Below are positions 41,140-51,210 of a stretch of 64,000 nucleotides of DNA, one piece after another. Origin of the DNA: Candidatus Multivorans sp. (GTDB lineage Bacteria > Acidobacteriota > Thermoanaerobaculia > Multivoradales > Multivoraceae). Where the stretch lies: positions 1,920,001 to 1,984,000 of the forward strand of contig OZ245033.1 of NCBI GenBank assembly GCA_965224025.1. Reading direction: 5' to 3'. The notes beneath the pieces are model-generated. The model was not told the DNA's origin. It did not search any database and saw only the letters and a list, made by a program, of their open reading frames with translations. Positions within the stretch are counted from its first letter, which is position 1. Every line of letters starts with the position of its first letter. The position numbers were made by a program, and so were the translations under genes.

Positions 41140-41868
41140 TCACGTGACCAGGGAACCGACCGTCTCGCCCAGAACCACCCGCCGGATGTTGCCCTCGACA
41201 CCGAGGTCGAACACCGCGATCGGCAGGTCGTTCTCCCGGCACAAACTGATCGCGGCAGCGTCCATGATGCCCAGGTTGCGCTCCAGGACCTCCTGATAGG
41301 TCACTTCGGGCAGGCGTTTCGCCCCGGGGTCGCGGCGCGGGTCGGCACTGTAGACGCCGTCGACCTGGGTTGCCTTGAGCAGGATCTCGGCCTGGACTTC
41401 GTTCGCACGGAGCGCGGCGGCAGTGTCCGTCGTCAGGTAGGGGTTGCCGGTACCGGCGCCGAAGATCACGACCCGGCCCTTCTCCAGGTGCCGGATCGCC
41501 CGGCGGCGAATGAACGGCTCGGCCACGCTGCGCATCTCCAGGGCCGTCTGCACCCGGGTCGGAACACCGGTCTTCTCCAGCGCGTCCTGCATTGCCAGGC
41601 TGTTGATCACGGTCGCCAGCATGCCCATGTAGTCGCCCGTGGCCCGCTCGACGCCGCGGTGACTCGCCGCCAGGCCGCGAATCACGTTGCCGCCCCCGAC
41701 CACGATGCCGATCTCGACGCCGAGCTCGAAGACATCCCGAATCTGAGCGGCGATCTTGCCGACCACGACCTCGTCGATGCCGAACGGCTTGTCGCCCATC
41801 AGGGCTTCGCCCGACAGCTTGAGCAGGATGCGGCGGTAGGCCGGCTCGGCAGCGGCGGCTGCGGTCAT
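41140..41868 (-). CDS. pyrH: UMP kinase
   Basis: [35 protein letters not shown]. Confidence 0.97.
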   Translation of the reverse strand: MTAAAAAEPAYRRILLKLSGEALMGDKPFGIDEVVVGKIAAQIRDVFELGVEIGIVVGGGNVIRGLAASHRGVERATGDYMGMLATVINSLAMQDALEKTGVPTRVQTALEMRSVAEPFIRRRAIRHLEKGRVVIFGAGTGNPYLTTDTAAALRANEVQAEILLKATQVDGVYSADPRRDPGAKRLPEVTYQEVLERNLGIMDAAAISLCRENDLPIAVFDLGVEGNIRRVVLGETVGSLVT

Positions 41869-41875
41869 CCGGCCA

Positions 41876-42520
41876 TCAGGAGGGATCGGAAGCCGGAGAA
41901 ACCGCTGTCGCGACGGTCGAGTCGCCGCCGAGCTGGAACCTGGCGAAACGGCAGATACGCATGTTCTCCCCCAGCTTAGCGATCGCCCCCTTGAGCACGT
42001 CCTCGACCTTCCGGTCCGTGTCCTTGACGAATTGCTGCTCCAGGAGGCAGTTCTCGGCGAAGAACTTACGAATCCGGCCCTCAACGATGCGCTCGACGAT
42101 GTGATCAGGCTTGCCCGACTCGAGCGCCTGCTCGCGGTGAATCCTCTTCTCCCGTTCGAGAACGTCCGCGGTCACCTCGTCGCGACCGATGAAACGGGGC
42201 TGGCTGGCGGCCACGTGAAGCGAAAGATCGTGCGCCAACTGCCGGAAGTCGTCCGTGCGAGCGACAAAGTCCGTCTCGCAGTTGATCTCGAGCAACACGC
42301 CGATCTTGCCGCCGGCGTGGATGTAGGAGATCACGAGACCGTCGCTGGTGGCGCGGCCCGCCTTCTTCGCGGCGGAGGCCAACCCCTTCTTGCGCAGCGT
42401 GTCGAGCGCGGCTTCCACGTCACCGCCGGTCTCGACCAGGGCCTTCTTGCAGTCCATCATGCCCGCTCCGGTCCGCTCGCGGAGCTCCTTGACCATGGCG
42501 ACTGTCACTGCTTTGCTCAT
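41876..42520 (-). CDS. tsf: Elongation factor Ts (short form)
   Basis: [29 protein letters not shown]. Confidence 0.97.
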   Translation of the reverse strand: MSKAVTVAMVKELRERTGAGMMDCKKALVETGGDVEAALDTLRKKGLASAAKKAGRATSDGLVISYIHAGGKIGVLLEINCETDFVARTDDFRQLAHDLSLHVAASQPRFIGRDEVTADVLEREKRIHREQALESGKPDHIVERIVEGRIRKFFAENCLLEQQFVKDTDRKVEDVLKGAIAKLGENMRICRFARFQLGGDSTVATAVSPASDPS

Positions 42521-42628
42521 CTCTTCCTTCTCCCTACGGGGCTTGACCCGCCCCTGACTGGAACTTCACTGAATCTCGCTCGCCGGACGAAGAACCGTCG
42601 GCGCCTCACCACGAACCTGACGGCCGGC

Positions 42629-43459
42629 TTACGCGCTGCCGCTGGCCGCGGCAGGTTCCGCCACCTCGGCTGCCGGCTCGGCCTGCTCTTCCGAGTCCGG
42701 GGTTTCAGCCGGCGCCGGGGCTTCGCCATCAGGCTCGACGGCCGCCTCGGGTTCAGCTTCCGCCTCGCCGCCCTTTCTCCAAGCGGCAGCACCGTCGATG
42801 TACGAGTCGGCAATGCGGCCGGCAAACAACCTAATCGTCCGTATCGCGTCGTCGTTGCCAGGAATCACGTGATCCACGAGCTCCGGGTCGCAGTTCGTGT
42901 CGACGATGGCCACGACCGGGATGTTCAGCTTGTTCGCCTCGGCTATGGCAATGTGCTCGCGCCTCGGATCGACGACGAAGAGGGCGTCCGGAAGCCGCTC
43001 CATATCCCGGATTCCATCGAGGTTGCGGACCATCTTCTCCCGGTCACGATCCAGGCGTAGACGTTCCTTCTTGGTCAGCAGGCTTTCCTCGTCGGCGAGC
43101 TTCTTCTCCGTATCCTGAAGGCGCTCGACCGAGGCGCGGATGGTGACGAAGTTGGTCAGCGTACCGCCGAGCCAGCGATGCGTAACGTAGAACTGGCCGC
43201 AGCGCCGCGCCTCTTCCTCGATCGCCTGCTGCGCCTGACGCTTGGTGCCGACGAACAACAGCCGGCGGCCCATGCGAGCCATGTGTTCGACATAGTCCGC
43301 CGCCTCGCGGAAGCGCAGCAGGGTCTGCTGAAGGTCGATGATGTAGATGCCGTTACGGCGGCCGAAGATGTAACCGCGCATCTTCGGATTCCAGCGTCTG
43401 GTCTGATGGCCGAAGTGGACACCCGCCTCCAGCATCTCCTTCATCGTGACGTGAGCCAA
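42629..43459 (-). CDS. rpsB: 30S ribosomal protein S2
   Basis: [42 protein letters not shown]; TTG start inferred. Confidence 0.97.
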   Translation of the reverse strand: MAHVTMKEMLEAGVHFGHQTRRWNPKMRGYIFGRRNGIYIIDLQQTLLRFREAADYVEHMARMGRRLLFVGTKRQAQQAIEEEARRCGQFYVTHRWLGGTLTNFVTIRASVERLQDTEKKLADEESLLTKKERLRLDRDREKMVRNLDGIRDMERLPDALFVVDPRREHIAIAEANKLNIPVVAIVDTNCDPELVDHVIPGNDDAIRTIRLFAGRIADSYIDGAAAWRKGGEAEAEPEAAVEPDGEAPAPAETPDSEEQAEPAAEVAEPAAASGSA

Positions 43460-43472
43460 TAACCTGTCCCCG

Positions 43473-43862
43473 CTACCTTTTACTGAACTGGAAGCGCGCA
43501 CGCGCACCCTTCTGACCGTACTTCTTGCGTTCCTTGCGCCGCGGATCCCGGGTCATGAACCCGGCCGCCTTGAGCGGTTCGCGGAAGGCTGGCTCGAAGT
43601 CCACCAGGGCACGCGAGAGGCCGTGCCGAATGGCGCCTGCCTGGCCCGAACTGCCGCCTCCGCGGACCGTGGCCCACATGTCGACCTCGCCTTCCTTCTC
43701 GACCACCTGCAGGGGCTGGTGGACGATCATCTTCAGCACTTCGCTGCTGAAGTAGTCGTCCATCCCCATGCCGTTGACCGTCATCTCGCCACTGCCGGCG
43801 CGCAGGAACACGCGCGCGGTGGCCGTCTTGCGACGGCCGGTCCCGTAACTCGCTTCCGTCAA
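43473..43862 (-). CDS. rpsI: 30S ribosomal protein S9
   Basis: [37 protein letters not shown]. Confidence 0.98.
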   Translation of the reverse strand: MTEASYGTGRRKTATARVFLRAGSGEMTVNGMGMDDYFSSEVLKMIVHQPLQVVEKEGEVDMWATVRGGGSSGQAGAIRHGLSRALVDFEPAFREPLKAAGFMTRDPRRKERKKYGQKGARARFQFSKR

Positions 43863-44332
43863 CTCGGACTCCCTGTAATCGCGATCGGCGCCGGCTGCTG
43901 CGCGGCGTGCGGATGATCCGCGCCGGCATAGACCTTGAGCTTCCGCAGTTGTCGGCGGCCCAGACGGTTCTTGGGCAGCATGCCCCGCACGGCCAACTCG
44001 ACGAGCCTGATCGGCCGGCGGCCACGCAGACGGCCCGCGGTCTCCGACTTGAGCTTGCCCGGCTGTCCGCTGTGGCGGTAGTAAATCTTCTTGTCGTCCT
44101 TGCCGCCGGTGAGAACCGCCCTCTCGGCGTTGACGACCACCACGAAGTCGCCGACATCGATGTGGCGCGCGTAGGTGGGCTTGTCCTTGCCCGTCAGGAT
44201 GCGCGCCACCCGCGTGGCCAGACGTCCAAGCGTCGCGCCTTCCGCGTCCACCACGTACCAGCGTCGCTCGATCTCCCCCACCTTGGGGCTCCAGGTCGGG
44301 TTCGCCGTTCTTGCTCTTGCTATTGCAGTCAT
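43859..44332 (-). CDS. rplM: 50S ribosomal protein L13
   Basis: [46 protein letters not shown]. Confidence 0.97.
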   Translation of the reverse strand: MTAIARARTANPTWSPKVGEIERRWYVVDAEGATLGRLATRVARILTGKDKPTYARHIDVGDFVVVVNAERAVLTGGKDDKKIYYRHSGQPGKLKSETAGRLRGRRPIRLVELAVRGMLPKNRLGRRQLRKLKVYAGADHPHAAQQPAPIAITGSPS

Positions 44333-44452
44333 TCGTGTTCCTACCCTGGCCGACCGGCGCTTACTCACCGGAATGCGGGCCCTCCTTTGCGCGCAGCATG
44401 ACCGGAGGAGCAGGCATACTCCTACCGAACCACCTCGCGCAGAGGAACGGGG

Positions 44453-44481
44453 ATCGTAGAGTCCCAACCGGGGCTTGTCAA
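44453..44481 (-). promoter_or_regulatory. Sigma70 promoter of rplM operon
   Basis: TTGACA-17 bp-TACGAT on the minus strand. Confidence 0.75.
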
Positions 44482-44521
44482 GACGAGCGACGGTCCCGTG
44501 GCGGCGTATTCTCACGCCACC

Positions 44522-44640
44522 ATGACTGCTCTACGGGTGGGACTCACCGGCGGCATCGCCAGCGGCAAGTCCACGGTCGGCGCCATGCTGGCCGAGATGG
44601 GCTGCGTCGTCACGGACGCGGACGCCCTGGTCGCCGAGTT
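44522..44640 (+). pseudogene. coaE: Dephospho-CoA kinase, only first ~39 codons present
   Basis: [39 protein letters not shown] then runs into antisense rdgB. Confidence 0.85.
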
Positions 44641-45111
44641 CCGCGTAGGTCCGTTCGTGTCCATCGGGCTCGAATACCGGATCCCAGCCGAAGCCGCCCC
44701 CACCTCGGGGCGGCAGCACCAGTCTGCCGGCGGTCGAGCCCTCGGCGATCACCTCCCGGTCGCCACCCCTGAGCATGAGGGCGCATCGCGCCACCACACC
44801 GGGGTTGCCGGCGCGAATCGCTACTTTCGCGATGCCCTCGTCACCGACCGCCTCCAGCATCCACTTGACCAACGGCCCGGGGAAGCCGTTCATCCAGGCC
44901 AGTTCCAGGCCGGTCTCCTCGACAACGACCGGCCGCTCGAGCCGCTGCCAGGCAGCCTCCGCCTTGAACCGCAACACGTCGATCAGGTCGCCCGACTGGA
45001 TCTCCGGCAGATCGATCGCCGCCGTCTCCAGCCGGTGGCCGACGATCCGCTCCGCCTCGCGCCGCTTGTTCGCGTTCCCGGTGACCAGCACCCACGGGCG
45101 CTCGCTGCCAT
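44630..45111 (-). pseudogene. rdgB: Non-canonical purine NTP pyrophosphatase (HAM1), C-terminus lost
   Basis: VTGNANK, LPEIQ, EETGL..FPGP, GFGWDPVF..TYAEL; terminal SHR motif absent; start unclear. Confidence 0.8.
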
Positions 45112-45199
45112 TTCCGCCACTCGCCTGTCGGCGCCTGGAACCGGGAGAGCCAAGGGACAGACAGTGTAGCCGGCCACTACAATCCGGCCCAACGGAGGG

Positions 45200-46129
45200 A
45201 TGTCTCACATGCCTGAACACCTGATCTCGATCGCCGACCTGGAGGAGGGCCAACTCGAGTCGATCCTCGAACTGGCCCTGCAACTCGAAGCCGGGCCGCA
45301 AGCCCACCGCGACACCCTCAGAGGCAAGTCGATCGGCCTCTACTTCGAGAAGGCGTCGACGCGAACCCGAGTCAGCTTCGAAGTGGGCATGGGGCAACTC
45401 GGAGGTCAGGCGATCTTCCTCTCGAGCCGCGATCTGCAGATCGCCCGCAGGGAAACGATCGCCGACACCGCCCGCGTCCTTTCACGCTACGTGGACCTCC
45501 TCATGCTGCGCACCTTCGAGCACAGCACCGTGGTCGAGATGGCCGAGCACGCCACGGTGCCCGTGATCAACGGGTTGACCGACGAGCTGCACCCCTGCCA
45601 GGCGCTCGCCGACCTGATGACCGTCCACCAGGAGTTCGGCGGCCTGCGCGGCCGCCGGATCGCCTACATCGGCGACGGCAACAACGTCGCCCACTCCCTG
45701 ATGATCGCCTGCGCCCGCGCGGGAGTCGACTTCTCCATCGCCTCGCCTCCCGGCTACGAAGTCACCGACGAGTACCTCGACCTCGCCGGAGGACTCGCCG
45801 CCGACACCGGCGCCGGGATCGAAACCGGCGCCGACCCGCACGCCGCCGCCGGCGGCGCGGACGCCGTCTACAGCGACGTCTGGACCTCGATGGGCCAGGA
45901 GAAGGAACGAGAGCAGCGCCTCGCCGACTTCGACGGCTACACCGTCGACGACGACCTGATGTCCAGAGCAAGAGGCGACGCGATCTACCTCCACTGCCTG
46001 CCCTGCCACCGGGGCGAGGAAGTCACGGCTTCCGTCGTCGACGGCCCCCGGAGCCGCGTCTTCGACCAGGCCGAGAACCGCATGCACACCCAGAAGGCCG
46101 TCATGCTCCGCCTCCTCGACCGCGCGTAG
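45200..46129 (+). CDS. argF: Ornithine carbamoyltransferase
   Basis: STRTR, HPCQALAD, GDGNNV, DVWTSMG, HCLP, QAENRMH. Confidence 0.95.
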   Translation: MSHMPEHLISIADLEEGQLESILELALQLEAGPQAHRDTLRGKSIGLYFEKASTRTRVSFEVGMGQLGGQAIFLSSRDLQIARRETIADTARVLSRYVDLLMLRTFEHSTVVEMAEHATVPVINGLTDELHPCQALADLMTVHQEFGGLRGRRIAYIGDGNNVAHSLMIACARAGVDFSIASPPGYEVTDEYLDLAGGLAADTGAGIETGADPHAAAGGADAVYSDVWTSMGQEKEREQRLADFDGYTVDDDLMSRARGDAIYLHCLPCHRGEEVTASVVDGPRSRVFDQAENRMHTQKAVMLRLLDRA

Positions 46130-46284
46130 CTGCGGCGGCGCACACCTGGCGGTGCAGCGCACCCGCCGGCTGGGGGCATGGGCGGTCAACCTCCAGGTGT
46201 TGTTCGCGATGGGTCGGACTATGAGGGGGGCTGCGCTCGCTCCTTCCCACTCGGAGTCCGGTGAACCGGGACCACCTCACAGAG

Positions 46285-47548
46285 TGCTTCAAGGAAGCCG
46301 TTGGTCTTTCTGGTTCGCGCCCAGGCGGCGACGGCCTTCATCGGTTCGACCCAGGAGCGGTTCACGTTGGTGCACCACTGGTGGAGCATTCGCAGGACGA
46401 CGTTGATCTGCTTGCGGTTGAGGATCTCGCGGAGGTGTTCCCGGTAGAGCCAAGCCCGGGCGGTACGGCGGCTGGCGACCTGAGCCACGAGAGCATCTAG
46501 GTCGGCGCGCTGGGCGTTCGCCAGGGCGCCGCGGTCCTTGAGCAGAGTCCAGCGCAGGCCTTTGAGGCTGGGATCGAGGCGCTGCTCGATGCGCCTGGTC
46601 TCGTCCACCGCCTTCGAGGCGAGGGCGACGACGTGGGAACTCGTCGACGGTCAGTCGGCGTTGGGCAGGGTCTCCCGGACTCCCTTGATGAAGGCGGCCG
46701 ACATGTCGATGGAGACCCGGAAGATCCGGGAAGGATCGCCGCCATGCCGGAGCAGGTCGTCGGCGAAGTCCCTGATGGTGGTTGCGCTGCGTCCTTCGGC
46801 AAGGAACACCACCCGCCGACGCCCCGCATCGGCTACCGTCGTCACGTACTTGTGGCCCTTGGCGCGCGATGTCTCGTCGATGGCTACGTTGCCGGCATCG
46901 GAGGGGTCCCTCTGCTCGCAGGCCTCCTCGACGTACCGCTTGCGGACCGCCCGCACCCGGTGCCAGGACTCGCCCGTCAGGCGGGACACCGCCTGGAAAG
47001 GCATTTCCCGGCACAGGCTGAGGATCAAAGCCTCATACAACAGGGTGAACCCCGACAGCCTGCCCGACCACGGCGGCTCGACCAACGCCACGCGGTCGTC
47101 GGGAAGCCGCACCCGCGGCATCCGGGCCTCGAGCAGGCACTCGTGCTGGAAGAAGTTGAGGTGCCGGTACCGCTTCAGCTGGGTGACGTGCATCGGGTGC
47201 GCTCCGCCGGTCTCGCCGTGCGCGAAGCGGCTGCCCCTCCTGAAGTCCATCCGCACCGTCAACCGGCGCTCGCCCTCGTCGAAGTCGACGCCAGCCACGA
47301 GCCAGGGCTCTGACACCCCGAGCGCCCTCGAAAACAGCTCCTGCTCCATCTCCCTCGCCTCCTTGGTCCAAAGGGGCGAAGTCTGACCCGGAAACGCTCC
47401 AAAAACCACCCGGCCATACTGGCCCACCAACCGTTTTCCGCAGCTTCCACAGGCTTCCGCAGACCCGGCGACGGCGGCTCACGGCCAGTAACGACTCGAC
47501 CGCACGCACCTGCACCAAGCCTCTACCCACTCGCAACTCAGAATAGGC
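46285..47548 (-). mobile_element. Degenerate ISL3 element (diverged relative of copy at 20663), frameshifted and 3'-truncated
   Basis: IR ...ACCCACTCGCAACTCAGAATAGGC ending 47548; transposase from 47349 split across frames near 46650; second IR missing. Confidence 0.85.
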
Positions 47549-47647
47549 GGGAAAGACCACCCTACATCTCGGCAACGCACCAACCGTCGCTCGCCATTGC
47601 ACACGCTATTCGAGATTCGAGCCCGAGTACTCGCAAATCAAGACTCA

Positions 47648-47851
47648 CTAAGGAGCCGGCGGCACTTTACGGTCGAACACGGGTCGGACGACGACGTAGA
47701 CCAAGAGAAGAGCCGGCAAGATCAGGCCGATCCACACGAGCGCCGCTTGGTAGTGCCATAGGCCCTTTTCCGTAGCGAACCAATACACTACAAGCCCAAG
47801 CACCGACATGCCGGTGACAATCCGGACAATATTCGCAGCGGTCAATCTCAC
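47648..47851 (-). CDS. Small two-TM membrane protein
   Basis: 67 aa, two hydrophobic helices; GTG start 2 nt after the stop of an upstream truncated ORF. Confidence 0.45.
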   Translation of the reverse strand: MRLTAANIVRIVTGMSVLGLVVYWFATEKGLWHYQAALVWIGLILPALLLVYVVVRPVFDRKVPPAP

Positions 47852-48080
47852 TTCTAAATGGGGTTGCCTGTGAGGTTACAGAAGTCCACGATGATTTGGT
47901 CGGCGTGACCGCCAGCAACGAAAAGTCCCAGCACGCCGGCCAACTGCTTCTTGAGTTCGGCATTCTTAACCGAGGGCTTGCCGAAAATCTCGTTCTCGGT
48001 GAGATCCAACCACATAGCCACGGGAGAGAGCATCCCTATGCCTATACGAAGGGGATTATGTCGAATAGTGCCCAAGCCGC

Positions 48081-48269
48081 TCACCGGCGCGGGCGCTTGG
48101 TGTAGGTGATCTCAACGGGCTGAAGCAGTCGCCGCGCACCTTCGGCAAGCCGTTCCATCAGCGGCAACTCCATCAAGTCCGCTGGCGGCGCTACTTCGTC
48201 GCGCTGTTCGGCCCGTGACGGCTGGTAGTCCGCCTTGACCAGTTCGATCTTCCGCTTCTTCTTGCTCAC
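48081..48269 (-). CDS. Small basic hypothetical protein next to TIR
   Basis: GGAGG RBS + GTG; 62 aa; stop 3 nt from the TIR. Confidence 0.55.
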   Translation of the reverse strand: MSKKKRKIELVKADYQPSRAEQRDEVAPPADLMELPLMERLAEGARRLLQPVEITYTKRPRR

Positions 48270-48495
48270 GTTGCCTCCGTTCTCCTAGAACTGGTGCTGC
48301 TACAGTAGCGGCTTGCAATCGTCAGCAGCGGGACCTGAGTCGGGTTACCCGCTGAATACAACAGCCTGTTCTGAGGCTGCGGGTAGCTCCCGAAGCCGGG
48401 CGAATAGGCGGGAGCCTTGTCCGTGCTCGCTGCATGGCGGTTGCAACGGCCCGGCGCCAATCCAGGGGCTGGTGCCTCAACTGGAGGAGGCCCCC

Positions 48496-49812
48496 ATGAA
48501 GAGACTCGCCGCCGCACTGGCGTTGACCGCGCTCGGCTGCGTATCGACCACCACGTCGGCACCAACCGTCAACCCGACCGCCTACAACGCCACGGTCGCG
48601 GAAGCGGCGAAGAAGCACATGGAGCAGTTCGAGAGGCTCCAGAGCGTCTGGTTCCGACTCACAAGCGCCAACTCGGGCCGATGCACGAAGACGCGGTTGA
48701 TGTCGGGTTTCTGGTTCGCCGACCTCGCGACAGCCGCGCAGCCCTATCGCAGTGCATGGACGGCGAAGTACGGCCCGAGCGAGTACGTGACCGTGACCCA
48801 CGTAGCTGCAGGATCCCCGGCCGAAAAGGCGGGCCTGCGAGCGGGCGACCGGATCGTGGCCCGCGACGGGAAGGATCTCGGCACTGGACGACGAGCCGAG
48901 CGACGGATGAAGCGTAGCCCGCAGTCGCTTCACTACAGGCTGACCGTTCTTCGAGACGGAGGCGAAGCCACGCTCTACATGGCGAGCACTCGGCACTGCA
49001 ACTACCCGGCTGGCCTGCTCGAACACGCGACCGTGAACGCATTCGCGGACGGGAAGTCGGTGGCGGTCACGACCGCCGCGATGGACTTCATCAAGACCGA
49101 CGACGAACTCGCGTACCTGCTCGGCCACGAACTCGCGCACAATGCCTACGGGCATCTCGCGGCCGTGAAGCAGAACCAGATCCTCGGCGCTCTGCTGGGA
49201 GCCGTCGTGACGGTCGCGACTGGCGTCTACCAGGACTACAGCGCCCTCGGGGCGCTCTACCACGCGCCGAAGTTCGAGGTCGAGGCCGACTATGCGGGGG
49301 TCTACTTGGCCGCGCGGGCGGGCTACGACGTGGGGTGCGTCTCGGCGTTCTGGGAGAAGATGATCGCTAGGAATCCCGGTGCCGCGTGGGCCGCGAGTCT
49401 CACGCACCCCGACGGGTCTTCGAGGCTGCACGTACTGGACGCGACCGCAGCGGAGATCCATCAGAAGCGCGAGAACGGGCGGCCACTCGTCCCGAACCTC
49501 AAAGGCACGTTGGAAGCTGATCGGGTCGATGTCGGGTCGTTCTTGGCCGGTACTGATTGCGCCGCCGTAAGGGGCGCAACGAGCGACCTGCAAGACCTTC
49601 AAGACGCCAGTTGCAAGAGCGCGGCGGCGAGCATCGCTGTCTCCGTCGAGGGCCTTCAGACGATTCACGAGGCCAACAAGCCTACGGAGGCTCAGTGCGA
49701 TCTGTACCGCGCCCAAGCGAACCTCTGCCCGAAGGGCCTTGGGCACTGCTCGGACGATGACCGGAGCAAGTGCGCCGCGTGGGACGATCTGGTCGCCGAG
49801 CATTGCGATTGA
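48496..49812 (+). CDS. M48 zinc metallopeptidase lipoprotein with PDZ domain and Cys-rich C-terminus
   Basis: GGAGG RBS, lipobox ALGC, SPAEKAGLRAGD (PDZ), VNAFA, HELAH, EVEADY.G, LTHP. Confidence 0.88.
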   Translation: MKRLAAALALTALGCVSTTTSAPTVNPTAYNATVAEAAKKHMEQFERLQSVWFRLTSANSGRCTKTRLMSGFWFADLATAAQPYRSAWTAKYGPSEYVTVTHVAAGSPAEKAGLRAGDRIVARDGKDLGTGRRAERRMKRSPQSLHYRLTVLRDGGEATLYMASTRHCNYPAGLLEHATVNAFADGKSVAVTTAAMDFIKTDDELAYLLGHELAHNAYGHLAAVKQNQILGALLGAVVTVATGVYQDYSALGALYHAPKFEVEADYAGVYLAARAGYDVGCVSAFWEKMIARNPGAAWAASLTHPDGSSRLHVLDATAAEIHQKRENGRPLVPNLKGTLEADRVDVGSFLAGTDCAAVRGATSDLQDLQDASCKSAAASIAVSVEGLQTIHEANKPTEAQCDLYRAQANLCPKGLGHCSDDDRSKCAAWDDLVAEHCD

Positions 49813-49826
49813 GGACTCCATCCTTA

Positions 49827-51140
49827 TCAGGTTACGGTCTGATTCGCCATGAATCCGTCCTTCTTGTTCTTCCTCCGCAGGCCGATCAGCGTGAGCGTGT
49901 TGGATTTGCGCCGGTTGCACGGGCCGCAGAGCAGGCGACGGTTCGAGATGTTGTTGCTGCCCCCACTGGAGCGTGGCGTGTTGTGGTCCAGTTGCAGGTA
50001 CTCGGACGAGTCAAATCCCCGGTCGCAACCGTCGCAGTACACGTAGCCGTCTTCGTCCGTGCTCTGTTCGACCAACAGCGCCTTGCGTTGCGCGTTCGTG
50101 TATCCGTCTGGCGGTTCCTCGAAGAAGTGCTTGCGGCTCTTCATCTTCGGTGCCGCTATCTGCTCGTCGTCCGTACGTACTGGAACGTCCGTACTGTAGT
50201 GAACAGAGCCGACCATCGACTCTCGATCATCTGCGGCCATCCCTTCCGTTTCCAAGCGGTCAAGAACGACCCCATGGGCACCTTTCCATATATCGATGCC
50301 TGTCCACTTCCGATTCAGACGATGCGCCGCCACGCACGTCGTAGCGCAACCGCAGAACGGGTCAAGAACCATGTCTCCCTCGTTGGACGATGCACGGATG
50401 AAGCGCTCGTACAGCGCAAGCGGCTTCTGAGTGTTGAATCCCGTCCGCTCTTTCGCCCAGGGCATGACGCCGTGCATCTCGATTACATCATCCGGTATCT
50501 TGCCTCGCGCGTCTCTTTCGCTGCCGTCCGCTCTCTTCTGGCCATCGACCCACTTGTGTGGAACACGAACGTCATCGACGTTGAACGTCCACGCTGACTT
50601 GTGCTTGGTGTAGAACAGCAACGTGTCGTGCTTCCGTGCGAAGCGGCGCTTGGATGCACCCCCGCCACTGTAGTACCAGACGAGCTCGTTCTGAAACTGG
50701 AATCGTCCGAACACAGCGTCCATGAGCATCTTGAGGTACGCGCCTGCCGTGTGGTCGCAGTGCAGGTAGACCGAACCGGTCGGCTTCAAGACCCGCCTCA
50801 TCTCCAGCAACCGAATCCCCATCCAGACCAGGAACGCCGCCATGTCCTCGCCGTAGCACGCCCCGGCTGACTCGACCAGTTCCTTGATCGCAGGCCAGTC
50901 ATCGGCGATCTTGTCCACCCACTCTTGTTGGACGTCGTTCTCCCACGTCCAGCGGTCCTTGAAGGACGCGCCTGCCGCGAGGCTGTCGGGCGTCGCGTGG
51001 AAGTCCCGCCCTTTGTTGAACGGCGGGTCTGTGGCGATCAGGTCCACCGTCTCACTGTTCATGCCGCGCAAGACCTCTAGGTTGTCCCGGTGGAACAAAG
51101 TCCGGTTCTTCCAGTTGGGCTCGGAAGTTGCAGTGGACAA
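49827..51140 (-). CDS. Beta-class N4-C/N6-A DNA methyltransferase fused to C-terminal HNH endonuclease (true start probably ATG 51214, out of frame via repeat)
   Basis: DNLEVL, TDPPFN, TQKP, DPFCGCATT; then CDGC..LDHNTPRSSGG.N...N..LLCGPCNRRKS. Confidence 0.9.
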   Translation of the reverse strand: MSTATSEPNWKNRTLFHRDNLEVLRGMNSETVDLIATDPPFNKGRDFHATPDSLAAGASFKDRWTWENDVQQEWVDKIADDWPAIKELVESAGACYGEDMAAFLVWMGIRLLEMRRVLKPTGSVYLHCDHTAGAYLKMLMDAVFGRFQFQNELVWYYSGGGASKRRFARKHDTLLFYTKHKSAWTFNVDDVRVPHKWVDGQKRADGSERDARGKIPDDVIEMHGVMPWAKERTGFNTQKPLALYERFIRASSNEGDMVLDPFCGCATTCVAAHRLNRKWTGIDIWKGAHGVVLDRLETEGMAADDRESMVGSVHYSTDVPVRTDDEQIAAPKMKSRKHFFEEPPDGYTNAQRKALLVEQSTDEDGYVYCDGCDRGFDSSEYLQLDHNTPRSSGGSNNISNRRLLCGPCNRRKSNTLTLIGLRRKNKKDGFMANQTVT

Positions 51141-51145
51141 TTCCG

Positions 51146-51200
51146 GCGCTGGCGCGCTGGCGCGCTGGCGCGCTGGCGCGCTGGCGCGCTGGCGCGCTGG
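51146..51200. repeat. 8-bp tandem repeat (GGCGCGCT)x6 plus partial units
   Basis: Six exact units at 51151-51198, flanked by GCGCT and GG. Confidence 0.95.
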
Positions 51201-51210
51201 CCGTCCGCCG

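Noticed and set aside
41876-42520. Short EF-Ts as a truncation
   Set aside because: EF-Ts of about 200 aa is a normal form in many phyla
51146-51200. Repeat as a CRISPR array
   Set aside because: Direct 8-bp units without spacers; no cas genes or repeat-spacer arrays seen in the window
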